From: Eledone cirrhosa
Lineage: Eukaryota
NCBI GenBank assembly: GCA_964016885.1
Contig: OZ024745.1
Coordinates: forward strand, 54,250,001 to 54,314,000
DNA length: 64,000 nt
Direction: 5' to 3'
Part shown: piece after piece, positions 15,811 through 35,386 of the stretch
Layout: each line of letters starts with the position of its first letter
Position numbering within the stretch: the first letter of the stretch is position 1
Translations under genes and position numbers: made by a program
The notes under the pieces: generated by a model
What the model saw: the letters and a program-made list of their open reading frames with translations, nothing else
Database searches by the model: none
What the model was told of the DNA's origin: nothing

Positions 15811-16170
15811 GCTTTGAAATATTCCGGTCACTTGAGTATATAGGACGAAACGATTTACAGTCATTTCGTATCTGAGTTCAAATCTCATTCTTTCGGTCTT
15901 GATAAAATGAAATACCATCCCAGGTCAGTAGATTTGTGGCACAGTTAGACCGTCTCATAAGATCATGTGTGATGTTTGTTGTATCTGAAAATATTCAGAG
16001 TTTAAATTCCTCTATGACCTATTTGGATGGTTTAACATATCACTTAGGCCTTGGGTGACTTTAGTGGAGTCCACACTCTTGCAGGAATAGGGTTTGGGTT
16101 TCAGGATACATTTTTTTTACCTCACTAGTCATAGAGGTCTTGAAAATCGACATGGGTATTGTGCCTCCTG

Positions 16171-16206
<36 letters not shown>

Positions 16207-16774
16207 TTATCATTCTATCTCTCTATATATATAAATTCCTCTGTTCTATCTCCGAAAAACCATTAACTTGCAGACCCCTGCAAGTGGATTTTGTCGATTT
16301 CGGATTTACAGAAACCTAGCGGAGATATTATATATTATATGTGATATATATTATATAGTATATATTATGTGTTGTGTATGGTATCGACGCGATGGTCCAG
16401 GCTTGTCATATTTTATCCTGAGTTCGGTTTTTTTCGTCGCTTTGGTCACTGCGGCCCGTCTATCGGTCGTTGTCTTCAATTTGCAAAGCTGTCTAAACGT
16501 AATGTTATAACTATAAGGTAATATACCTTATTGAGTGCTTAGCTGCACAACCCGACAGCATTCGTTAGCTTGGCTGCAACCAGAGCTTCGATGATGCTGT
16601 AGTAAATTTTGTATATATATATATATATATCTGTGTGTGTGTGAAACCATTTAGTATGAAATGTTTGATTTTAACATTGAAAGTGTGAAAGTGCAAGAGA
16701 AAATCGGAATTTTCATGCTTAAGGACCCCTTATATATTATACACACCCACTCTCACCCCCACACACGCACGCAC

Positions 16775-16845
<71 letters not shown>

Positions 16846-18052
16846 TATATACACACATATGCATGAATGTATGTATGCATGAAAGGTCACTCTCGGGTGC
16901 TACTAGTAACCGAGTGCTACATGTAACCCAGTACAACCTGTCTCATGGTCGGGTCGTCGACGACTAAACCGGCAACCCCACCAAGCTTGCTTGGTGAGGA
17001 GGGTGATATTTGGACACCCTGCGGGATGAAATACAAGACTTGGCGAAAGGCGGAAGAACTCAGCAGAGTCAAAGGCCATCAAAATAGTATTTCTTTTTCA
17101 CATGGGAGTGAAAGGGCCCCAGTTGTTGTCACAACACCTTTCTAAGAGAGGGAAACTGGAAAAAAAAAAAACCTGCGGCTTCGGAAACATCCGATGATGC
17201 TGACCAGTTCTCCTTTTCGGGTAGTATTTTCGATGCTCAGAGAGTTGGATTGGTAGAGTGCAAGTCCTTTCTCCACTTAAAAAACCTTCAAAATACAGGC
17301 ATTGCTTGTTCAAGATATGTTACAGGTTCGTGTGGCTGGCTGTAGCCTAAAGGTGCACCATTTTCTGTAACCTGACAAGCAATTGCAATACTCTTAGCAG
17401 AGTTTGCAGCCACCATGCATATATGTATGCATACGACTGGCTTCCGCTGTTTCTGTCTACCAAATTGCATCCATAAGCATTAGTCATCCCGAAGCTATAG
17501 TAGAAGACATTTGCCCAAGTTAGTGTGCAACAGAACCATGTGGTTTCAAAGTGTGCTTCTTAACAATACTGCTACGCACGTGCAGACACACACACACGAG
17601 CACACATACACACACACACACGCACAAACACACACATCTACACACACATGCACCCACAGAAATACAGACAAACACATACACATAGATGTATAGCGAAAAT
17701 AGCAAAATGAAAGAACGCTCTCTCTATATAAACAGAGCTAATATTTACTTATTATTATTCATACTCATACTCACGATAATATATTTGCAACAAATGGTTC
17801 CATGTGCTAACAAAGCTTGCAGAGCTTCATATCATCCTACGAATATGCATAAATTTGGCTGAAGCCGACATTGCTGAACGTCTCGTGGGAAAGGATAAGA
17901 ATAAACATGAAATAAGTGATGTGATAGGATGGAGGTAACTCTGGTTTGAAAAACGTTTCTCTTGGAAAATAGCTGAGAAAAAAGAAACAAATTCTGAAAA
18001 TTAGTCTCTCGTCTAAAATCACATATATTATGAATATATATGTATATATATG

Positions 18053-18087
<35 letters not shown>

Positions 18088-18866
18088 TCTCGTATACGCA
18101 TGCACATCCGTGCCAACATATACGTCTATCTGTGTAGTGTGCAAATAGATCTTCGTTTGGATGACTATATGTATACATGTTGCATGTGTATTACGATGCA
18201 GCTCTCAAAGTCAATTTGATTCCATCTATATCCCCCCGCTTACTATCGGTAGTTTGTATTTTATAATTTTGATTTTACAGCACCGGATATCTTCAAGTAT
18301 CCTGTCTAGTATCCTAAACGCTGGTGCTGACATTAGTATTGCAAAAGCATTTCAGTCTTTTTGAATGTAGATACGATTCTTTTCTAAGTATGTTGAAATA
18401 TTCGTCTATCACTAACTTTAATCACAGCATTGGCATATACAACATTCTCACAAAATTCCGAGATACTTATTGCAGACATTGTAGAAAGGGAAGAAAGCTA
18501 GTCTATTTGAATCTGTAACTCCAGTTTGGCCAACAACCTTTCTTCGATCGACTAACGAATATGAATACTTATCCTGACTTTATTTAACATCACCACCTGG
18601 CTCTTAAGCATCCCTCGGGAAGTCCACTGTTTTGCTAGTGCTCGGGATTAGTCTCCAGTTTGAAGATACAATCATCCCTCCCTCTCACTCGTTTCGGAGG
18701 TTTGTAACGATTTATGGGCACTACTACTTGTCCTAACTAAACGTTGAGGTCACATCTATATCTAAGAGGTGAAATCTTTGTCTTGCACTTTTAACACAAA
18801 ACGGGGGCTTTTGTGATAGTATGAGTATGTCGACAACAACTATTCATGTATTCATGTATTATGTAC

Positions 18867-18988
<122 letters not shown>

Positions 18989-19651
18989 ACGCACACAAAA
19001 ATATGCATATATGAGCACGCGTATTTATGTGGCGTTCGTGTGTGTGTGTCTGTGAGTGGTGGAATAAGCCAGACCAAGATGCAAGCATCCGAAAACTTAT
19101 ATCAATTATTGATGAGTTTTATGATTCGCTGACATCTACAAGATATGTTGACTTTGTTTTAGGCGGCAGTGTCTCTACGAAAACGAACAAAAATAACAAA
19201 GTAGCTACCTAAATATAGAGACACACAGACTCATCACTCATATACACACAAACACATCTACGTACACACACATATATACATATATATATATACTTACATA
19301 GACACTAAGTTACACACAAAATCTATTTTCAAAAAAGGGAAAACAAGAAAAAAAGGAGGAAACTTCTTTTAGTTTTGATTACATTTCTGCTTACTTTCCC
19401 TTGTGTTCCCTTGTGGATTAAAGGTTCAGGGTTTGTCCACTATGATTTTATTGCTCATTTCCATCTTTCTTTCCAGCCTATTTGTTGATTCCTTTACTTT
19501 CATCTATCTTTCGTCCCTTGTCTCTCTGTTTCTTACATTTATTTTCATTACCGTCCTTCCATCTCGCCCACCACAACTATTTCTCTCTAACTGTCTCTGT
19601 CGCTCGTTCTATCTGTGTATGTAGCTACCTACCAATCTATCTATCTATCTA

Positions 19652-19695
<44 letters not shown>

Positions 19696-20310
19696 AAATT
19701 TATCTATCTATCTATATATCTCATTTATTCTGACAAAACTTACTTTTGTTAGTTGTTTGGCTTCATTATCTCACTGATCTCGCGACGTGGCTCGCCAGTG
19801 AGTGACTGGGTAATCTTGAATCTGTGTCCAAAGTGTTATTGAGCAGCGAGGCAAAGGGAAATCGATGTTTGTGTACATCAGTGCGCGTGCATGTGTGTGT
19901 CTGTGAATATATGTGCACATGTGTGTGTATTGGGATTTTGTAAGACATAACCTTGCCAGAGTTACGATTCTTAATCAATAATGAATTATCAAATCTTGGC
20001 ACAAAACGTCTATTCATAACAAAAAACACATGGATGCGCGTTGAAGCATCAGACCTGATAACAAATGTTCATTAATATGGCTTTTGCTTTAATGGTTAAT
20101 CTGCCGGTTTCTGTGATATAACACACAACCTGAAGGTATTTTCTATTTTATTATCTATTTTCTCGTCCTTCTATTTCCTTCTTCTCCCGCTTTTTTCTCT
20201 TTAATCTTTCCGAATCCTAAAAGTTTTGAAGTAGATTAACTCTTCTAGGACATCGTTAGATTAGTTATTTGAAAGTATATAACTACACACTAACACGCGT
20301 TATCTCTCTC

Positions 20311-20680
<370 letters not shown>

Positions 20681-20697
20681 GATGACATATATATATG

Positions 20698-20760
<63 letters not shown>

Positions 20761-20816
20761 TATATATATATAATATAAAACGAAAAATCAGTGATGCATC
20801 TGGACTCAGTTTATTG

Positions 20817-20906
20817 TGTGTTACAATTGTTTCGCCGGCAGATAGCTCGAGACACGATCATTGTATGGATCTGTCTGATTCTAGATCTGCAGGTTCGTCG
20901 GACACA
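20817..20906 (-). ncRNA. Candidate type I hammerhead with long stem II (family B)
   Basis: TGTGT-CCGACGA-ACCTGCAGAT...ATCTGCCGGC-GAAA-CAATTG-TA-ACACA. Confidence 0.65.
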
Positions 20907-20983
20907 GGCAATACTTTCGGAACAAATTTTCTCACTTTTCTCAACAGGCATACCGCCTATGGAAGCATCATAGTTACCATTAA

Positions 20984-21074
<91 letters not shown>

Positions 21075-21075
<1 letters not shown>

Positions 21076-21263
21076 CCCGGATTCAATCGGGGGTAGCCAC
21101 AGAAAGTAAGGTACTCAATACATAGTAGAGTTTATACAATCTTTAATATAGAAATGTCTTCTACAAGACTAGAACCGTTTCATTCGAAGGAAACCATCAG
21201 GTCTTTCCTGATGATTTTTTTCGAATGTAACAGTTTCAGGTTCTGTAGAAGCAATTTCTATAT
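21075..21263 (-). mobile_element. PLE-type inverted-arm insertion, family D, with degenerate hammerhead at 21165-21205
   Basis: AAGAC-CTGATGG-TTTCcttcGAAT-GAAA-CGGTTC-TA-GTCTT; homologous to 57305-57495. Confidence 0.65.
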
Positions 21264-21383
21264 CAAATATTATATATATATATATTTCGTTTCTGAATTT
21301 GTTTAGCAAGATTCTTTACCTGAAAACGTGTGTTGAAACCGATGCGTGTGTTTCTTATTGGCAACATGACCCTCCCAAAGTAT

Positions 21384-21434
<51 letters not shown>

Positions 21435-21437
<3 letters not shown>

Positions 21438-21667
21438 ATAATAAATTTGAAGACTAAAATCCAAAGAGGGCTCGATAAGGATAAATATATATCAAATATA
21501 TAAGAACCGTAGAGTAAATATTTATTAAAATAACAGATTAATGTTTAAGCAAAGAATCGCTGCTCTCACCCTTAACGGGATCTTCTGAAACTGAGTTTCA
21601 GAAGATCCCGTTAATGGTGAAAGCAGCGATTCTTTGCTTAAACTTTAATCTGTTATTTTAATAAATA
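21435..21667 (-). mobile_element. Family A pLTR insertion
   Basis: Tail 21435-21517; arms about 21518-21592 and 21595-21667 form a near-palindrome; (TA)n flanks. Confidence 0.8.
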
Positions 21668-21700
21668 TATATATATATATGTATATTTGTGTGTGTGTGA

Positions 21701-21752
<52 letters not shown>

Positions 21753-22729
21753 TGACTTTGTAATGGATACAAATGGATTTTTTTATGGGACATTTTCAAT
21801 AAATAAATGAATGAATGAATAAATGAATGAATAAATCAATCAATAAATAAATGAGCCAAAAAAAAAAACAAATAAAAAACACGATATAGGTAAAACACGA
21901 TTTGAAAGTCTGAAATCGGCTTAAACGGCAACAACAACCATAGTTATTGAGTTAAATATAATAGTATGAAAGGTAAAGTCGACCCTAGTGAGATTCGAAC
22001 GTGGGATAATAAAAGTCATTATACTCTAAGTTCACTTCTCACCATATACTTATTTGTATAAGAGACTAAAGGGTGTATATATAAATGCGGGTGGTAAGGT
22101 AAAAAATATCTAGAAAAACGAAACTTATTGAAATACACAGATTCTGTCATTCTGTAGATAACCCAACGATACTTCCTGCATTAGCCACTATACCTTCCAG
22201 GGTTCTGACTTGATGTTCGATAACATTATCTTAATTTAACAGAAAAGAGTGGCATTCCGAAAATCGAGAACGATGATCTTCATTGACTCGTGCTTAATAA
22301 TATCTCGCTTCTCTGCCCAGCGAATATCGGGTTCCAAGTCCATGGAATAGGTCTACCACTGGAAAATGTATCAAAAGGTGTGCCGTGTCAGATGAGTCAC
22401 TTCCTTCATCCGAACGAGTAAACGGACGAAACCACTAAACTCCAATATTGAAGGTAGTGTCGAAGCTCCTTTAATATTCAAGGCGGAGTCGTCAGGGAAG
22501 CTTTTTGCCCTGCTACGACTAGAGAGCGACTGTAGTCGGAACTTATAGACAGTAGCTCCAAAGTGGCATTTATCACGCTCAGATACGCCAAGTCACAGAA
22601 GGCTATGGTAAATAAATTACACCATAAATGCTAAACTGATGCTGCGGAAATTAAAGTATTTAAGCACAAGAAACTGAGTTTCATTCACTACAACTACCAT
22701 ATATTTCTATTCTACTTTTCCCACTGGAA

Positions 22730-22795
<66 letters not shown>

Positions 22796-23037
22796 GTGTG
22801 TGTGTGTATGTGTGTATGTGTATGTGTGTGTGTGAGTGTACGTATCAACAATTTCTTATTCTTATGCAATGTTTTTCAATCCCTCCCCTCACCATCTCAT
22901 TCAACTTACACTCATTTTATTGCATTCTCCTTACCTCTCTTTCTTTACTGTTCTTTTCCAATCTCTTTTCTTCTTCCTATATCTACACCACACTCGCTCG
23001 TTTGCTTCCCTCACACTCTTTCCTTCTCTTTCTTTCT

Positions 23038-24288
<1,251 letters not shown>

Positions 24289-25335
24289 ACTTTGTATACT
24301 TTTCAATTTCTTCACAAAGGTTTTTCAAAACTCCTTCTTTGTTTCCTTGTCTTTAGAGATCAGTTTACTACGTAGTATTAACGGAAGATGGAAATACTAG
24401 CCAAGAAAACGAAAAAGTATATCTGCAAATTAGAATAGAAGGAAAGAAAGAAAAGAAAAATAAAGAGAGAAAGGGAGTGAAAAGGGAAAAGGAAAAACAA
24501 AGTGAAAATGAAACCTTTTACGAGATCGATAACAATAATATTAGTGTCCATAGTCAGCCAAAACCTATCCTCATAAAAGCACAGAAGCCGGCTCTCCTAT
24601 AGCCAATAGGTGGCTAACTGGCTATCAATAGACTCTAGCCAAGTACTGATAGTCAAAGCGGCTGGAGTGTGCCCAGCTGTCAGAATACCTGATAATCACA
24701 AAACTGATTGCTATCGGAGCAAAAGGCTCATTTTATTTTCCTTATATTATCTGTTGCAACATAAAACCTTTGTAATGACCACTCTAAACAGTAAGAAATA
24801 TCAAATAACACATTCGCACACATGAATACAAGCACACACAAACACGCACTTCTCACTCCTTTTCCTCTCTTTGTCTTTCTGTGTATGTTCCAACTCTAGA
24901 ATTGCCATTCTCTCATTCCCACTAAACCATAACCATAACCTAACTAATATAAGTTTTTACAGCTCATACTTTATCCCTGCTTCCAGCGCTGTTCACTCCT
25001 CCTCACATCCCACTACCTTCTTTTTATGCACTCACTTTCAACTAGTCTTTATTTCAAAACTATAAGAAATCTTCATTTACCCCTTCCCACCAACTAAAAA
25101 TTCTTTCAGTTTTCTATAACACTTAGTGCCAAATGGCCGATCAAATTAAATTTTGCTTATTCACGTGAAAATCTACACGTTTCTATACGGTTCGTATGCT
25201 CCTACCCCTTCTTTCACAGCCCCTCCCCCCTCTCCCCCCTCTCTTTTATTTCAGTACACACACAGATATGCGCATATATCACATATATTCTACTCGAATA
25301 ATATTCAGAAACTCTTGCATCTCACTCCCACTCTC

Positions 25336-26165
<830 letters not shown>

Positions 26166-26218
26166 ACATATATATATATATATATAAAAATAGAGAATAT
26201 GTAATATTGAGGAAGCAT

Positions 26219-26288
<70 letters not shown>

Positions 26289-28562
26289 ATGCTTCTCTAT
26301 CTTTTTCATATGTATCAACCAGTTACTCAAAAGCACATGTACATACATACATACGCAAATGCACACACACACACATGTATGTATCATGTATATATCCATG
26401 TATGTGTACAAATACATACATACATTCTTACCTACAACACCTTGTATACAAGCTCACATACATTGATGTACATATGCATATCTGAAAACTTAAAATAGTA
26501 TACCTTCCACACACATAACATACTCAAACACAAACAGACACACCCATTCATTATATATCTTTCACACACCTAACATATTCAAATACAGACAAAGACACAC
26601 ATACGTTCAAACATACGCAGATATACACACACACAGCCATACATTATATAACATATACAACATAACATATTCATTAACACACACATACTCCTAGATACAC
26701 ACACATAACCATACATTATACATATTTCACACACATAACATATTCAAACACAGACACACACACACACATATATACTCCTATACACATACACAGTCATACA
26801 TTATATAAATTTTGAGCGTTTTAACTAGAACATCATTTCACACCGCTTTGTATCTTGGCACTACACACTACATTACTTCATTCTTTGAAATGTTACTAAG
26901 TCTTGCAAGTGTAATTGATATTTAGAAGTGATAATACTCCCCATATGATAGGGTACATATTCCAATGGTCGACAGCATTAAATATGCTTCATTAACACTT
27001 CACTGAGCTGATAGATTTCCTTAAATTTTATTCTATTAGAACTTAACCGCTTTTCTTTCAAAATCTATTTACTATGTGGGTGTGTAGGTGTTTTACACAC
27101 ACACAAAGGGAGAGATAGAGAGAGAGAGAAAAAGAGAGAGAGAGAGATAGAGAAAGAGAGAGAGAGAGATAGAGAAAGAGAGAGGGGGAGAGTGAGTGAG
27201 TGAGTGAGTGAGTGAGTGAGTGAGAGAGAGATCGAGAGATCTGTATATAATTTATTTATTCAGTTGGGTAGGGTTATGCAAAGTATAGAAATGGAAATAA
27301 ATAGAGGCGTATATGAACGTGTATGGAATATGTTTATGTATAGTAAGTAATACATAAGTCTCATTGTAGGTATTTTAAGGTGTCATCATATCACAATTAT
27401 AGAAGTAGCCGTGTGAGAACGTCAAATACGAACATTTCAGGATTTTTATCCATCTTTAGTGACGTTTACTTACTCGATACCGAAGCAAAATTAGCAATCA
27501 CATTATATAAATCTTTGCAAATATTACATTCACGGAGGTACACATTTGCGTATAGTGCAGGCCTGACGGATTGGTATCATTTAGCAGAACTACTAACATA
27601 GTGTGATACATAATAGAGACGTATACAAAAGCATATACAGTATGTTTACTCACAATAAACATATATATATATGTCTCTCTGTGAGCATTTTAATCTTTGA
27701 TCATATCCCACTTACTTGTGGGTATATGAGAATGATATACATATATACACGTACACCCACCCCATATATATATGATTATATATATACGAGCCTGTTATTT
27801 GGTAAATACGATGAAAACTCTGGTAATGATTCGGTCTATTTAGACACTAATGGATTTTCTCTCTCCACGGGTGTTATTTCTGTCGCTAAAAATTCTTTGA
27901 CGTTCGCTCAGTACCGGCACTTAATTATATATACTTTATACAGATGGTGTCCCTGGGAAACTTTCGAATATCATTATAATATATTGCTTATGCAATAAAT
28001 AATTTTCACCTGCGTGCACACACAGACAAACAGATAGTCCGACAGACAGTCAGACAGACAGACAGACAGACAGACACACACACACACTCAATCGTTCTAA
28101 TATCCGATAAGTACGTGGACTATTTTTCGTCGAGGAGGTATAATCATGTCCGCGGTTTCCCCCTACTTACCGAAGATTAGTCGTTCTCCTAACTGCGTGT
28201 ATCCATTTAACTTTTGATCAATTTGAATTTCGGAGTTATCTCCGTTGCTATGCCTCACAAGAATTTTCGTTAAGAGTGCCAACCCTTACCTATGGTCATA
28301 AATCTTGAGTAATGACCGAAAGAATACGATCACAAATTCAAGCGGCCGAAATAGGATTCCTCTGAAGGGTCTTTGGTGAAACGTTACTCGATAAAGTGCG
28401 TAACCCGGAGATCAGAGAGTCACTCCAGGGAGAGTTGCTACTTCTCCGAACTGAGAGATCACACCCGCTGGATGGAGTGTTTGAGGACTCTGCCCCCCCC
28501 CCCCACACACACACACACACGACCCGCTCATGAATAAGTGGGAGAAGAAGAAGAAGAAGAAG

Positions 28563-28593
<31 letters not shown>

Positions 28594-29131
28594 GTAACTT
28601 CATTACGGTGTATAAGTTGGTATACAGTTGCCCTATTTTCTAGAATGCAAGGCGAACCGCTGTATAATAGAGGAAGCTTATTTTGAAGAAAAATGTTTAG
28701 GAGACAAAGGTTCACTAACCTCTCTACTTATAGGTGGCTTATGTATAGTATAGAAATATTTATATATTCACATCAACGTTCGACATTGACAGACTTCACT
28801 TAATCTGGACATTACAGCCATGATTCACAGACTATTAGCTACACTATTAAACATTCTCTGAATAAACAAACAACGTGATCCAAAGTTTTGTACGGAAAGA
28901 TAATTTATACAATAGATCCACATTGAAGAATTACCGTGCAGATAATCCTGGCTAGAGATATACTGCATTTCACTGAGAGCTTCGCGCGATATATACGGCG
29001 ATAGTATATAAATTCTATATACGTACATAAATTCAGATAGGCATACACAATATAAGTATACGTGCAGGCGCGCACAAACACACACATGTATATATAAATG
29101 TATATGTATGTATATATATATATATATATAT

Positions 29132-30414
29132 AGTAATAATAATAAATTTGAAGACTAAAATCCAAATAGGGCTCGATAAGGATAAATATATATCAAATAT
29201 ATAAGAACCGTAGAGCAAATATTTATTAAAATAACAGATTAATGTTTAAGCAAAGAACCGCTGTTTTCACCCTTAACGGGATCCTCTGAAACTAACAAAG
29301 TCAATCTGTGAACGCAGAAGTGAATATTTCAAAAAACGTTGCAACCGGAGGAAGACAGGAAGACAATACTTTGGTTCGTGGAAACGTTCCCTGGCAAAGA
29401 ACGAAAAAAAAACGAATATAATACGTCATTATTTGGAGCGGTGAAAAACAATTACACGCAAAGACAAAACCACGTTTATGGTATAAAAGAAGTCATAGAC
29501 TAATATTCTATTAGGTGGTTCATAGAGACGTTCTCTGGCATTGAACAGAAAAAACGAACATAATACGTCATATGTGGAGCGTGGAGAACAATTGCACGCA
29601 AAGACAAAACCACGTAAATGGTATAACTGAAGTCGTAGACTAAAATTCTAACTAGGAAACCGAATGATTCTCGGCTTCAGAGTTAAGAATAAAGTAAATA
29701 AAATACAGAGGCAATTGAAATTAAATAAATACATACACGCATCCATATACGTACATACACAAGCATACGCGAAAACACTCGCCATACGTATACAAATACA
29801 CGCACATATAAATATGTATGTGCGTGTATACAAATAATTAAATAAACGTATATAAATAAATAAGTACGTATATAACAAGCGCACACACATACCTACATAT
29901 AAATACACATATGTTCGGAGACGTACGTCAACCAAAACACGAAGTACACATATACACACACCCTACATACGTACGAACCCGCATACTCACATAGACGCAA
30001 AACTCACGTATACCAAAAGTATATGTACCAGAATATATAAAATATACGCCATAACATATACAATCAAATATACGTACGAGAAAGTATATGTACCTTCACA
30101 AAACATACAGGTAATATATACTTACCTGTACAAATAAGTAATGGTATAAACATAACATATACTTAGCTACCACATCAAGACGTAAAATATCCGCGTATAG
30201 ATCGTACTATCCGTCAGGGTATAATGTGGGGCTGTAATACAGGAAAGTTTTGTGCAATTTATGTTTAGAAGCAGAAATTGCCTCAGAATTTTTGTTGCAA
30301 CGTTTTTTTTGAAATATTCACTTCTGCGTTCACAGATTGACTTTGTTAGTTTCAGAAGATCCCGATAAGGGTGAAACTAGCGATTCTTCGCTAAAACTTT
30401 AATCTGTTATTTTA

Positions 30415-30421
<7 letters not shown>
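29132..30421 (-). mobile_element. 5'-truncated PLE, family A, with ORF C-terminus, 3' UTR, pLTR and inverted arm
   Basis: Minus strand near 30240-30292 encodes KNSEAISASKHKLHKTF, aligning with RTDLFGLCNHKSYKTF at the end of the 47.6 kb endonuclease. Arm 30294-30421 inverts 29219-29346. Internal ~140 bp duplication at 29381-29650. Confidence 0.78.
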
Positions 30422-30449
<28 letters not shown>

Positions 30450-30580
30450 GATAAATCTACCAAGAGTTTACGGTAGTGTCCAATCCGTATGAAGAACTCA
30501 ATGTAATCCGGATATCATGGAAAGAAGAGATGCAATGAAAAATCACTTTCGGTGAAAGATAAACGGAATACAGAGTCAAG

Positions 30581-31007
30581 ATAAAATATTAAAAAAATAA
30601 TGAATAAAACAATGAAACAGTTCCTTATATTAAACAAAAAAAGTTCATTATTTAACGATCGTTTCTAGGATATATATGTGTTAGAATTGGCATGCATATT
30701 CAACAGATCTATGTACAAAATTATACAAAATTATACAAACTATCAAAATTAAATATACATACCAACACATATATATGCCGTCTTCAGAAATAAATTATTT
30801 CTGAAGACGGCATATATATGTGTTGGTATGTATATTTAATTTTGATAGTTTGTATAATTTTGTATAATTTTGTACATAGATCTGTTGAATATGCATGCCA
30901 ATTCTAACACATATATATCCTAGAAACGATCGTTAAATAATGAACTTTTTTTGTTTAATATAAGGAACTGTTTCATTGTTTTATTCATTATTTTTTTAAT
31001 ATTTTAT
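30581..31007. repeat. Palindrome with two 213 bp arms and a 1 nt spacer (PLE-type inverted pLTR, family F)
   Basis: 30581-30793 reads as the reverse complement of 30795-31007. Confidence 0.9.
30795..30940 (+). ncRNA. Type I hammerhead with ~115 nt stem II (mirror 30648-30793 on minus)
   Basis: TTATTT-CTGAAGA-[..ATATATATGTGTTGG...CTAACACATATATAT..]-GAAA-CGATCG-TT-AAATAA. Confidence 0.7.
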
Positions 31008-31112
31008 ATATATATATATATATATATAAATGAAAGGTATAGAAAACATTGTAGCAAAAAGCCAATATATATATATATATATATAAGTGGTTACACAACA
31101 GTTAGTTCACCA

Positions 31113-31155
31113 TACCGAGAACAATTGTTTCACCTTAGCGGATCCTCAGCTCGTA
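31113..31155 (-). ncRNA. Minimal type I hammerhead
   Basis: TACGAG-CTGAGGA-TCC gctaa GGT-GAAA-CAATTG-TT-CTCGGTA, inside an ~80 bp island between (TA)n runs. Confidence 0.72.
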
Positions 31156-31165
31156 ATGGACATGG

Positions 31166-31218
<53 letters not shown>

Positions 31219-32355
31219 CACATATTTAAGTATGCATGGCTATATGATTCATCATCTGTATAAGACGTCTCATATCAGCGATGCCTGTGCTTGAAGCTTT
31301 TTTAAGTGAGGAAAGCCTTTGCACGGAGCTAATCCCCCTCGCTGAACATCCAATGCATTTATCTAAAAGGTAGGACTGCTCTACATCAGTGGATGTAAAC
31401 GAACTCGCAGGTTTTATATCAGAGTGACTTTGTCCTAGAGATATGTCTTAATGGAGATTAAGGGTCTCTCACTCCCTACTCCCCTGAAAAATATATATAT
31501 ATATATATTCATACATACACACACGCATATACATATATACATACTAACATATATATATATTACTAGTACAGCGTGGGTTTATGAACTTATGAATAATTAT
31601 AATACATCAATAGAATCCGAGGTAACTAATGATGGTATTTTATTTAATTGAAACTGGAAGACTATAAGACATTGCGAAGTTCATTGCGATGGAATTTGAA
31701 ATCAGAACATATTTAACCGCAACAAATACAGCAAGTAACTGTATCAACGTCCTAAAATTGTATCAGATTAGTCCCTTAAATAAATAAATCAAACATTGAC
31801 TAGTCTAATCTACTTACCAAAAAATGTTGTTTAACTTCATGTGAAGTCTGATCGAAGGAGTTCCAACTGTGTTAATGTCGTTTTTTATTTCGGGGAGGTG
31901 GATCACTGTATCGATAACTAAATAAGTGTTCCATTCTATAAAAGTATACCATTGCAACATGTGGTATAACGATTTTTACCCTGTGTAGTAGCAAATGTTG
32001 AATTTCCGTGACTGGCAGCTCCGAGACAAGGCTACATTCAATAGACAAGTGTCTTACCCAGGAGTATATTTATCTCATGTTCGTATATGGCTGTTAGAAC
32101 TGAAGCTAAAGTACTGGCGCAATAGTTATTTACGATTGGGGAAATATGATGTTAGTAGAGAGGTCGGATAGAAAAAAATTGATCAAAGGTCATTGAAACT
32201 ACGACTTTTATTCAGACATATTATATCATGTAAGACTACATTTATCCAATCTATTCTTTTTTGGGAAGTGTGCTTTGATTGAGATTTTACTGCTATTTCT
32301 ATCATGCAACTCGTAGAGACACTAAATCGACTCAATCATTGCTAGAATTTAGAAG

Positions 32356-32386
<31 letters not shown>

Positions 32387-32599
32387 GAAGTATATATGTG
32401 TATATTATATATATATATAGTGAAGACAAACGATTATAGCAATCTTAATACATAACATAACTTATTGTTAGCCTAATCTTAATTCCCAACGAACATTTTT
32501 GTTTGTTTTTCTTTAGAAATAAATATAATCTGTCGCATTGTATCCTTTGTGTAATGCTAGTCATAAAAATAAACGCTAATATAGAAAAAAACATATATG

Positions 32600-34920
<2,321 letters not shown>

Positions 34921-35221
34921 ATATGTATATATATGCATTTGTGTGCGTATATGTTTATGTGAGCGTAAATGTATAGGTGTATGTGTATATGTGCCTATAC
35001 ATTTGCCTGAGTGCGTATGTCTTTGAAAAGAACTAGAAGCAGCAGACACCCTACCGTATTCATCAATATTCTAGACTTGAAATGAACAATCTTCAGAAAT
35101 TGTTGAAGCGGCACAACGATTAACTGGCTTTGTTGGATATGCAAAGCTTTGAACGGAACATTATTCAGCAGAAGAATAACAACAAAAACAACAACAAATT
35201 CAACAAGCAAAAAGCAGGGTG

Positions 35222-35237
35222 GCTGCTGCGGCTACTG

Positions 35238-35320
<83 letters not shown>

Positions 35321-35330
35321 TCTGCTTCTG

Positions 35331-35386
<56 letters not shown>

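Noticed and set aside
16885-17260. Possible RTE 5' UTR with an HDV-like ribozyme
   Set aside because: I could not build the nested double pseudoknot by eye; it needs an RNAMotif or Infernal search.
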